The translations under genes were made by a program, and so were the position numbers. A DNA stretch of 64,000 nt. Origin: Candidatus Acidiferrales bacterium. GTDB lineage: Bacteria; Acidobacteriota; Terriglobia; Acidiferrales; UBA7541. Of the stretch, positions 38,178 to 46,464 are shown piece after piece. The stretch lies in the NCBI GenBank assembly GCA_049287725.1, contig JBAQGJ010000123.1:19901-83900 (forward strand), given 5' to 3'. The notes beneath the pieces were generated by a model. The model was not told the DNA's origin. It made no database searches and saw only the letters and a list, made by a program, of their open reading frames with translations. Numbering within the stretch: the first letter of the stretch is position 1; every line of letters starts with the position of its first letter.

Positions 38178-38966
38178 ATGGCGCGACAACGGCTGGGCCA
38201 ACATTTTCTGGGCGATATTGGATGGCGCAAACGCATCCTCGCGACGCTGCCTCTCGCCCCAAACGACACGTGGATCGAAATCGGCCCCGGCCACGGAGAA
38301 ATGACGCAACTCCTCGCAGGCGATGGGCGCTGCGTCATCGCCATCGAAGCAGATCCAAAACTAGCGGAGGGCCTGCAAGCATCGGCGGACACGCAGCCCG
38401 AGCAATGGTCCGGAGTCGAGGTCGTTTCCGGCGACGTGCTGGCCACTGACGTCGGAAGCCTCGCCACCGGAAATTTTCGCGTATATGGAAATTTGCCTTA
38501 CTACATCACCTCGCCCATTCTGCATCATCTGTTTCGCTGGGCGAGCCAGATCTCTTCCATTCACATCGTGATCCAGTTGGAAGTAGCGGAGCGCATCGTC
38601 GCGCAGCAAAACGTACGCGACTACGGCTATCTCTCCACGCTGTGCCAGTTCTATGCCCAGCCGAAAATCGCGCTGCGCATTCCGCCGGGCGCGTTTCGCC
38701 CGCCGCCCAAGGTAAAATCCGCGCTCGTGAGCATGACGCTTCCCGGCGAGCGCGCACACCTCAACGTGGCGGATGAAAAACGCTTCCTGGAATTTGTGCA
38801 GGCTTGCTTCGCTCAGAAACGAAAAACGCTTCGCAACAATTTGCTGGCAATCGCTGACGATAAGGAGATCCACGAAGCCCTGGCCATCGTCGGCCTTCGT
38901 CCAGACGCTCGCGCCGAGCAACTTACCCTCGCGCAATTCGCCGCGCTATTTTCCCGGCTCTCGTAA
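38178..38966 (+). CDS. rsmA: 16S rRNA (adenine1518/1519-N6)-dimethyltransferase
   Basis: LGQHFL, EIGPGHGEMT, GNLPYYITSPIL, F.P.PKV.SALV. ATG 38178; the longer 37941 start overlaps glgA and is rejected. Confidence 0.9.
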   Translation: MARQRLGQHFLGDIGWRKRILATLPLAPNDTWIEIGPGHGEMTQLLAGDGRCVIAIEADPKLAEGLQASADTQPEQWSGVEVVSGDVLATDVGSLATGNFRVYGNLPYYITSPILHHLFRWASQISSIHIVIQLEVAERIVAQQNVRDYGYLSTLCQFYAQPKIALRIPPGAFRPPPKVKSALVSMTLPGERAHLNVADEKRFLEFVQACFAQKRKTLRNNLLAIADDKEIHEALAIVGLRPDARAEQLTLAQFAALFSRLS

Positions 38967-38967
38967 C

Positions 38968-39699
38968 CTAACTTTGCGGGTCTTCCAGCACGGCCTGCAG
39001 CCGGTCTGGATAATTCGTCATGATGCCGTCCACGCCCGCCGCCACCATCGCGCGCATCGTTTCCGTATCGTCCACTGTCCACGTCGCCACCTGCAAATCG
39101 AGCCGGTGCGCCTCCTCCACCAATTCCCGGGTAACCAGTTTGGCTCGCGGACACAGCTGCCGGACTCCCAGTTCGATCGCAGCCTTGGCGTGATCTCGGC
39201 CCGCTTCGTCCACCAATAAACCCATCATCATCGTCGAGTCTACTTGCCGCAAAGCCGTCAGCGTGGATTCGTCAAACGAAATCACGATCGTTCGCGCCGC
39301 ACTCTGCGATTTTTGCAGCGCTCCCGCCAGCGAATGATGCATGCCCCACGCCGCGTCGTACTTCACTTCGAGATAAAAGATCACATCATGCTTCTTCGCA
39401 AATTCTAAAATCTCTTCCAGCGTCGGTATCCGCTGTCCCATGAACTCGCGGTCAAACCACATACCGGCGTCCAGCTTGCGCAACTCCGCCAACGTGAAAT
39501 CGTGGACGTTGCCGCGCCCGTTGCTGGTGCGTTCCAGTGTGGCATCGTGGATAGCCACAAACCGCGCATCACGCGTCAGGTGCAGGTCCGTCTCAATGAA
39601 CCCGGCGCCCAATTCGACAGCGCGTTGATACGCTGCCAGCGTATTCTCCGGGGCATGCCCGGACGCCCCGCGATGCGCAATGACCCATGGTTTTCGCAT
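38968..39699 (-). CDS. Glycerophosphodiester phosphodiesterase (GDPD family), apparently cytoplasmic
   Basis: VIAHRGASGHAPENTLAAY..A.ELGA.FIETDLHLT.D...V.IHD.TL.RT. Confidence 0.85.
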   Translation of the reverse strand: MRKPWVIAHRGASGHAPENTLAAYQRAVELGAGFIETDLHLTRDARFVAIHDATLERTSNGRGNVHDFTLAELRKLDAGMWFDREFMGQRIPTLEEILEFAKKHDVIFYLEVKYDAAWGMHHSLAGALQKSQSAARTIVISFDESTLTALRQVDSTMMMGLLVDEAGRDHAKAAIELGVRQLCPRAKLVTRELVEEAHRLDLQVATWTVDDTETMRAMVAAGVDGIMTNYPDRLQAVLEDPQS

Positions 39700-40204
39700 G
39701 ACCACGGCTATCCTAGCAGACAAATCCGGCCTGCCGCCTAGCGCGTATTGCCGAGAGTGATGCAAATTGCACTCCGCTGGCAGCCGGAGTGCTCCTCGGC
39801 CTATACAGGATTTACCGGCTAGATAACCGCCACCAGACTCTGTCAGATTGGTTCACGTGACGAGGTAACGGTGATGTAAATCGTTGCCTAATTAGGACAA
39901 TCCATTGCCGGTCGAGGACGCCCCATAAGTATCAAGGCCCACGAAAACAAGCTCTCGCCGGTCCCAATTGTGTATGAACGATGTATCTCCAACAATTTCT
40001 GCGATGTAGCGCGAGGCTAGGCGAAATGTCTTGTAACCTCTTTTGGAATCTGGATTGCCCTCTACTTTCGCCTCTCAGCGGCGAACCGCTGAAATTCTAC
40101 ATTTTGCTCCAGTGCGGTCTGCCGTCCCGTGGCCGAATTGAAAGAAGAACATTAAGAGAGTTCTATAGCCCCTGAATGAGACCCGGGGCGGAGTTTTTGC
40201 ATCC

Positions 40205-41797
40205 ATGGCCAGCGCGAGATCTCAATTGAACCTCTCATCCGAGCCCGTTCAAGCGATGAACGTCGCGCCTGCAGGTTTTGATCCTGCCCACGAGCTTCCG
40301 AAACGCTTCATCGAATTCTTACTGCCATTTCATCGCGCCTTCACACCCCGGCAACGCGATCTGATTGGCCGCCGCGCTTCCGTTCTGGACGGCGCGCATC
40401 GTGGCCACTTACCGAATTACTTGCATCCGTGGCATGCCACTCAGGAATCCTGGCGCATCGAACTGCCGGAATGGTGCCAGGATCAGCGCAACCAAATGAC
40501 CGGCCCAGCCGATGACGCCGAGCTGGTGGTGAAGATGCTCAACTCCGGCGCACCTGGCGTAATGCTCGATCTCGAAGACTCCATGGCCAACACTTGGCCG
40601 CATCTGATGCAAGGTGTCTCGAACATCCTCTTAGCCCTGCGCGGCGAACTGACCTATTTCGACAAGAAGCGCGATCGCACTGTCAAAATCGAGCCAGGCA
40701 AGACAGTCCTCTCCCTACGCCCGCGCGGGCTCCATCTTCGCCAAGGCGGCGTGCTCAACGGCGAATCGCTGCCCGCCTCCATCTTCGATGTCGCGCTGAT
40801 CGCCTTTCAGCTGAATCCGGAAGAACTGAAACATCCGCTCACGTTCTACATTCCGAAATCCGAATCCGCCGAAGAAGCGCTGTGGTGGCGCGACCTTTTC
40901 CGTTCGATCGCGCGAGCGAAGGGTTGGCCGCACAACTACATCAAGTGCATGGCCCTGGTCGAATCCCACCCCCTCGCGTATCAAATGGAAGAATTCGCCT
41001 ACAATCTCCGCGACCACATCCTCGCGCTAAATCTCGGCCGCTGGGATTACATGGCCAGCCTGATTCATTTCAACCTGCACGATCCGAACTGGGTCCTCCC
41101 GGATCGGAACACCATTCCGCACGACGTTGCCTTCTTTCAGAATTTGCGTACGGCGATTCCCGAAATCTGCCACAAACACGGCTTGCTCGCGATCGGCGGC
41201 ATGACGGCGCTCTATCCCAGCCGTGAAGATGCGGAACTGAATGCCCGCGCCCTGGCGGTGCTCGAAAAGGACAAAAAGAACGAAGCCATGTCCTTGATGG
41301 ACGGCGCCTGGACCGGGCATCCCGATCAGAACGAAATCGCGGTCAGCCAGTTCCCTGCTCCGAATCAATTGCATGCCCGTCCCGCCAATCACAATACGCG
41401 TCCCGATTTGCGTCCCGTTCCGGCAGGCGTCGGCAAACATACTCTTAGCGGGACGCGCGCCGCGGTGCGTACGGTGATTCGCTATCGCCAAGGTGTCCTG
41501 AGCGGGCGTGGCGCCAGCCTGCTCGACGGCTACATGGAAGATCTCGCCACGGACCGCATCTATCGTCTGATGATCGCGCAACGCATCCGCCATCGCGATG
41601 TAACTCACATTCTCGATGACAATGGCGAACCTGTGGCTCATACTCCCGACTTCGTAACACGCCTTTTCGACGAAGAACTGGCGCGCATCACGCTTGAGTT
41701 GCCGCCGGGTACTCCGCCCGAGGCAATCGAACGTTTCACCCAGGCGCGCGTTTTAAGCGAGCGCATGATCAGTACCGGCGAGTTCAATCCGTCCTAG
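40205..41797 (+). CDS. aceB: Malate synthase A
   Basis: 530 aa. MLDLEDSMANTW, LRPRGLHL, NCMALVE-type region (IKCMALVESH), typical size of the A-type enzyme. Confidence 0.9.
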   Translation: MASARSQLNLSSEPVQAMNVAPAGFDPAHELPKRFIEFLLPFHRAFTPRQRDLIGRRASVLDGAHRGHLPNYLHPWHATQESWRIELPEWCQDQRNQMTGPADDAELVVKMLNSGAPGVMLDLEDSMANTWPHLMQGVSNILLALRGELTYFDKKRDRTVKIEPGKTVLSLRPRGLHLRQGGVLNGESLPASIFDVALIAFQLNPEELKHPLTFYIPKSESAEEALWWRDLFRSIARAKGWPHNYIKCMALVESHPLAYQMEEFAYNLRDHILALNLGRWDYMASLIHFNLHDPNWVLPDRNTIPHDVAFFQNLRTAIPEICHKHGLLAIGGMTALYPSREDAELNARALAVLEKDKKNEAMSLMDGAWTGHPDQNEIAVSQFPAPNQLHARPANHNTRPDLRPVPAGVGKHTLSGTRAAVRTVIRYRQGVLSGRGASLLDGYMEDLATDRIYRLMIAQRIRHRDVTHILDDNGEPVAHTPDFVTRLFDEELARITLELPPGTPPEAIERFTQARVLSERMISTGEFNPS

Positions 41798-42090
41798 GCG
41801 GCGGAAGAAACTTGCACGTGAGCGATTTAAGGGTAGTGTAGGGGACTTGGGAATGGCACCGAAAGGCAGCAGCGTAATTCAGGCGATGTTGAAGCGTCTG
41901 GCAGAAGAAGAAGAGCAGTATAAGAAAGAAAAGGCAGTGGGGTCAGTCGACGCAACAAAGCCGCTCCAGATAAGAGCGGCCGCGTACTGAGGATGTGATT
42001 CGACGGCAGCGGCCCTCGTGCCGTTCCAGTTCGGTGGATGGTAATTGCGGCTTCGCCGAAAGGAACGATACGTGCTTGGGGAGCGGTATC

Positions 42091-42444
42091 ATGGCGCTGT
42101 TCGTTGTAGTTGTGGTGGGTTTGGTGGTCGCGCAGACTTGGTTTGACTGGCGCGATGCGAAAAAAGGATGGGTCGTGCCGGAGTGGGCGAAGGGCATGGC
42201 GCTCGCGTGCGCCGTAGCTGCGTTGCTCACCGCCGCAAGCTCGTTTGCGTCCTTCTGGCTTCAGGATTCGGCCAGCGCTGCTAGCAGCCCATTCAACGCG
42301 CACTTGTTCTGGCCCGAACTGGGCTTCCTGCTCTGCACCATGGGCGCGATCATAGTCGCAGTCCGCAAAAAGCGGCTGCGCCTCATGCTGATCCTCACAG
42401 GCGTCTTAACCGCCGCCTTCTGGATCGGCATGACCATGTCGTAG
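42091..42444 (+). CDS. Small integral membrane protein (117 aa)
   Basis: ATG 42091 after GGGGAGCGG. Four hydrophobic helices. No family recognised. Confidence 0.5.
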   Translation: MALFVVVVVGLVVAQTWFDWRDAKKGWVVPEWAKGMALACAVAALLTAASSFASFWLQDSASAASSPFNAHLFWPELGFLLCTMGAIIVAVRKKRLRLMLILTGVLTAAFWIGMTMS

Positions 42445-42743
42445 CGCCGGCCTCGAGGCTCTTCCGGCGTCGTTCCCGCGCTCGTCGCCAAGCATCCGAG
42501 TACTAAGAATTCCATTACCGTACCCTCTCCACGCAGCCTGTTTGTTTGCCTCCTCAAGTTCCTTTAAAGCCCTCCGCTCCTTGCCTCCCCGCTTCCTTGC
42601 CCCCCTGCCTCCTCCAAACCTCCATTCGCCGGTAACCAACCGCCACTGGCCGAATATTGCGCGACGTGCCTCGCCTCCTCCTCTATTCTCGCCTCATGAA
42701 CGGCAACGCAGATCGCAACAAGCTTCGGACGGGAGACGAGCAA

Positions 42744-43076
42744 ATGACAAACGCGAATGGCGGGTCGTCGATCACATCCACTCTTGAGGGCGTGCGGTTC
42801 CCCGAAGCGGGAGCGACGCTGCTAATCGTGCTGGGTATCGTCTTTCAATTGGGCGAACTCGGCTACGGCCATCTCCAATCCGGCAACTTGTGGTTCTTTT
42901 CCACGATGTTGACGGACATTTGGAATATCCTCTCGTTGCGGCTCGATGTTCCAGGCCTCAGCGAACTGCTGCGCTACTGGCCGCTGGCGCTGGTCGGCCT
43001 GGGACTCGCTATCTTGCTCGCGACGCACGAAAACCGTTCGCGTCGTGCGCGCAGGGGAAACCGGCATGCCCAATGA
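42744..43076 (+). CDS. Small membrane protein, first gene of the LiaF-like/LytS/LytTR module
   Basis: ATG 42744 has GGGAGA 8 nt upstream; the ORF is open from 42657. Two or three TM helices. Overlaps the next gene by 11 nt. Confidence 0.45.
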   Translation: MTNANGGSSITSTLEGVRFPEAGATLLIVLGIVFQLGELGYGHLQSGNLWFFSTMLTDIWNILSLRLDVPGLSELLRYWPLALVGLGLAILLATHENRSRRARRGNRHAQ

Positions 43077-43809
43077 CATCCGGCGGTTCAGCTGGAGCTT
43101 CACGTTCGGCGCGCTCATCGTCGCCGCCGGCGTGGTGCTCCTTCTCGATCAGCAAGGGCTGATTAACGCTGACCGCGTCTTTACTTTCTTCTGGCCCGCC
43201 GTGTTCATTCTTGGCGGATCGGTGATGCTGGCAGACTGCCGCGGCAACGGCGGGCGCGGCGTCACGGGCATTGTGTTCGTTACCATTGGCGTCATCATTT
43301 TGCTGGACAGCCTCGGCATTGCTCACATTCGCTTTGAAACCTTCTGGCCTGTCATCGTCATAGGTGCCGGGCTCCTGATGATCTGGCGAGCGATTGGCGC
43401 TCCACGGTCAGGGCCGCCAGGCCGGAATTGGTGGGACTATCTGCGCTCGGGAGGATCCGGAGATTCCGGCGCGGAATTCAATCATGTGGCGATCTTCAGC
43501 GGATTTAAACGGCGCACCACTTCCAAGAACTTTAAGGGCGGAAAAATACTCGCGGTTTTCGGTGGTTTTCAGATTGACCTAAGGCAAGCCGATATTGAAG
43601 GTGACTCCGCCGAAGTGGAGGCCATCTCCTTGATGGGCGGAGGCGAAATCAAGGTCCCCTATACTTGGAACGTCGTAATGGAAGGCATCGGCTTCATGGG
43701 CGGATACGTTGACGAAACCGATCAGACCCCGCCCCCGGCTGGCACACCCCGAAAGCAATTAATCGTGAAGGGAGCCGCCATTATGGGCGGCATCGTCGTC
43801 AAAAACTAA
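43066..43809 (+). CDS. LiaF-like (DUF2154-type) membrane protein
   Basis: N-terminal 4 TM. The C-terminal segment GGFQIDLRQADIEG..AEVEAISLMGGGEIKVPYTWNV...G.GFMGG resembles the LiaF/YvqF C-terminal domain. Confidence 0.6.
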   Translation: MPNDIRRFSWSFTFGALIVAAGVVLLLDQQGLINADRVFTFFWPAVFILGGSVMLADCRGNGGRGVTGIVFVTIGVIILLDSLGIAHIRFETFWPVIVIGAGLLMIWRAIGAPRSGPPGRNWWDYLRSGGSGDSGAEFNHVAIFSGFKRRTTSKNFKGGKILAVFGGFQIDLRQADIEGDSAEVEAISLMGGGEIKVPYTWNVVMEGIGFMGGYVDETDQTPPPAGTPRKQLIVKGAAIMGGIVVKN

Positions 43810-43817
43810 GCGCGAAA

Positions 43818-44888
43818 ATGCACCCCATTCTCAGCAGCCCTCGGCGCATCGTGATTTACCTGTTCGCTTGGATTCCGATCACGGGCCTGTTGGCCTATCT
43901 GCTCACGGTTTTCCACGAGATTACCAACGTCGAAGCGGTAGCCTTGGCCGTTCCGCTTTGCTTCCTGCACGCGCTCGTCTGTCTATCGTCGTGGTATTCC
44001 TGCCGTGGCAATCCTCTCGATAAATACAGTCTCGGGCGCCTGCTGAGCACCCACCTCACCGCCGCCCTCGTCTCAGCCATCATCTGGGCTTTCGCCGCAG
44101 TAGGCCTTGCCAGCTCACTGTCGAGACTTCCGTCGTTCGAAGGCTTGAGCAGGCGCTTCCGCCCCGAAATTCCGGTGATGATCGTCACTGGCCTGCTGCT
44201 TTACTTGCTATGGGTGGCTCTCTACTACGTAATTATCGGCGTCGAGGCCTCACGCGAAGCGGAAGCGCGTGTGATGAAAGCTAGTGTCCTGGCGCGCGAC
44301 GCTGAACTGCGCGCACTGAAAGCGCAGGTCAATCCGCACTTCCTCTTCAATAGCCTGAATTCCATCAGCGCGCTGACCACCTCCGACGCTTCGAAGGCCC
44401 GGGAAATGTGCATCCTTCTCGGCGATTTCCTGCGCCGTACGCTGGGCCTGGGCGAGAAAGCCGCAATCCCGCTCGAAGAAGAACTGTCCCTGATCCGCGC
44501 GTTTCTCGCCGTCGAAAAAGTTCGCTTCGGCTCGCGCATCCAAATGGAAGAAAATATTGATAAGGCCGCGCTGGCCGTACCCGTCCCACCGCTGCTCTTG
44601 CAGCCTCTCGTGGAAAACGCAGTCGTGCACGGAATAGCCAATCTCGTCGAAGGCGGCTGGATTCGTCTGGACGTCAGGTCGCAAAATGGCGACTTGGCCA
44701 TCACTGTCGAAAATAGCTTCGACCCCGAAGCTCCGCCTCGCCGAAAAAGCGGCGTCGGCCTAGTCAATGTCCGCCAACGCCTCCAGGCTCGCTACGGCAA
44801 TCGCGCCACATTTGGCGTCCTGACGGAAGGTGATCGTTACCGCGTGGCCTTGACGCTCCCGGCGGAAAGCGAGATGCAACCATCATGA
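43818..44888 (+). CDS. LytS/YehU-family sensor histidine kinase
   Basis: VNPHFLFNSLNSISALT H-box, LLLQPLVENAVVHG, SGVGLVNVRQRL. Four N-terminal TM helices. Confidence 0.85.
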   Translation: MHPILSSPRRIVIYLFAWIPITGLLAYLLTVFHEITNVEAVALAVPLCFLHALVCLSSWYSCRGNPLDKYSLGRLLSTHLTAALVSAIIWAFAAVGLASSLSRLPSFEGLSRRFRPEIPVMIVTGLLLYLLWVALYYVIIGVEASREAEARVMKASVLARDAELRALKAQVNPHFLFNSLNSISALTTSDASKAREMCILLGDFLRRTLGLGEKAAIPLEEELSLIRAFLAVEKVRFGSRIQMEENIDKAALAVPVPPLLLQPLVENAVVHGIANLVEGGWIRLDVRSQNGDLAITVENSFDPEAPPRRKSGVGLVNVRQRLQARYGNRATFGVLTEGDRYRVALTLPAESEMQPS

Positions 44889-45655
44889 CCCGCGAAGCCG
44901 CCAAAAAGATCCGCGCCGTCATCGTTGACGACGAACAGCTCGCGCGACAGGTCTTGCGCGAATTTATGTCAAGCCACCAGGAAATCGAACTCATCTGTGA
45001 ATGTGCCAACGGCTTCGAAGCCGTCAAAATCGTCGCCGAACAGAAACCCGACCTGATGTTCCTCGATATTCAAATGCCCAAGCTCGACGGCTTCGAAGTC
45101 CTCGAATTAATCGGCAAGGACACCGCCGTCGTCTTTGTCACCGCTTACGATAGCTACGCGATCAAAGCCTTCGAAGTCCACGCTGTTGACTATCTGCTCA
45201 AACCCTTCGGCGCCGATCGCTTCGAAGCCGCGCTCGCGCGCGCAAAGCAGCGCCTCGGAGGCAAGTTGCCGGAAACGACGCCACCTGCTGCCGATTTGGC
45301 CGCTGCTGCGCGCCCGCCGGCTCAATATCTCGATCGCATTGCCGTGCGCGACGGCACGCGTGTCTTCATCATTCCCGTCGCCAAGCTTGATTACGCCGAA
45401 GCTCAGGATGATTACGTCGCTCTCGCGGCCGATGGCAAGAAGCATTTGAAGCAGCAAACGATTTCCAGCCTGGAATCCGCGCTCGACCCCTCGCGCTTCA
45501 TGCGTGTCCACAGGTCCTACATCGTAAATTTAGAGCGCGTCGCCAAAGTCGAGCCGTATGCCAAGGACAGCCACGTTGCAGTGCTCACCGGTGGCGCGCA
45601 ACTGCCCGTCAGCCGCGCCGGTTACGCGCGCCTGCGGGCGTTCCTCGACAAATAG
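44885..45655 (+). CDS. LytR/AlgR-family response regulator (REC + LytTR DNA-binding domain)
   Basis: VIVDDE, DLMFLDIQMPKLDGF, YLLKPF, C-terminal FMRVHRSYIVNL. ATGA overlap with the kinase. Confidence 0.9.
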   Translation: MTREAAKKIRAVIVDDEQLARQVLREFMSSHQEIELICECANGFEAVKIVAEQKPDLMFLDIQMPKLDGFEVLELIGKDTAVVFVTAYDSYAIKAFEVHAVDYLLKPFGADRFEAALARAKQRLGGKLPETTPPAADLAAAARPPAQYLDRIAVRDGTRVFIIPVAKLDYAEAQDDYVALAADGKKHLKQQTISSLESALDPSRFMRVHRSYIVNLERVAKVEPYAKDSHVAVLTGGAQLPVSRAGYARLRAFLDK

Positions 45656-45721
45656 CAGCCGCCACGCTCGAGAAATCTCATCTTGAGTCGATTCCGGGTT
45701 CCAGAACTTCTACTACTCCCG

Positions 45722-45749
45722 TTCAACGCCTGTTAACCACCTATATATT
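45722..45749 (+). promoter_or_regulatory. Candidate sigma70-type promoter of the GTPase operon
   Basis: TTCAAC - 16 nt - TATATT, about 100 nt upstream of the ATG at 45853. Pattern match only. Confidence 0.3.
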
Positions 45750-45852
45750 GCGAGCCCCGCCTTTTCGTAGTACTGTCCCCGCCATGCCCCGCCCTAAGAC
45801 GCGACGGTCCCCCCGCCACGGCGTTAAGGGCATTCAAAGGAGAGGTAGGAAA

Positions 45853-46419
45853 ATGGCATCCCCGGCGGACGCAAAGCTGCCCAATTCATCCAGCAAAGAG
45901 AACGCGGAAGGCGCAAACGTAGACAAGATACGCGACATATTGTTTGGGTCGCAGATGCGCGACTACGAAAAGCGCTTTTCTCGCCTGGAAGACACCGTAA
46001 CCAAGGCGGTCGAAACCCTGCGCGAAGACATGACCAAGCGCCTCGACACCCTGAGCAGTTACATGAAGGAAGAAGTGGATTCGCTCAGCCAGCGCCTCAA
46101 GGCCGAAAAATCCGAACGCACCGAAGGCGCGAAGGAAATCTCACGGGAAATCAAAGATAGCGCCAAGATCATCGAGAAAAAGCTGTCGCAGCTCGAAGAG
46201 CAGATGGCGGACGGGCACAGCGAATTGCGCACGAAATTGCTCGAGCACTCCAAATCCGTCTCCGCCGAAATTGACAAGCTGCGCCGCGACACCGCTGCCG
46301 CGTTGAATCGTGAAGTCGAAGTTCTGCGCGATGAAAAAACCGATCGCGCCGGCCTCGCCGATCTGTTCAACGAGTTCTCCCTGCGTCTGAAAAATAAATT
46401 CGAGCTGCCGGAAGAATAG
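45853..46419 (+). CDS. Coiled-coil protein (188 aa), first gene of the GTPase operon
   Basis: ATG 45853 preceded by AAAGGAGAGGTAGG. Heptad-rich, Glu/Lys/Arg/Leu-rich sequence with no TM. Confidence 0.6.
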   Translation: MASPADAKLPNSSSKENAEGANVDKIRDILFGSQMRDYEKRFSRLEDTVTKAVETLREDMTKRLDTLSSYMKEEVDSLSQRLKAEKSERTEGAKEISREIKDSAKIIEKKLSQLEEQMADGHSELRTKLLEHSKSVSAEIDKLRRDTAAALNREVEVLRDEKTDRAGLADLFNEFSLRLKNKFELPEE

Positions 46420-46464
46420 CCAGCGAGTGAATAAGGAATCGCGGAACTCAGCGGGAGGCGCGCC

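Noticed and set aside
41827-42639. ORFs 41827-42303(-), 41943-42230(-), 42261-42557(-) and 42406-42639(-) around the small membrane gene.
   Set aside because: They lie antisense to, or within, purine/pyrimidine-skewed low-complexity DNA. The translations are Arg/Gly-rich with no SD or motif.
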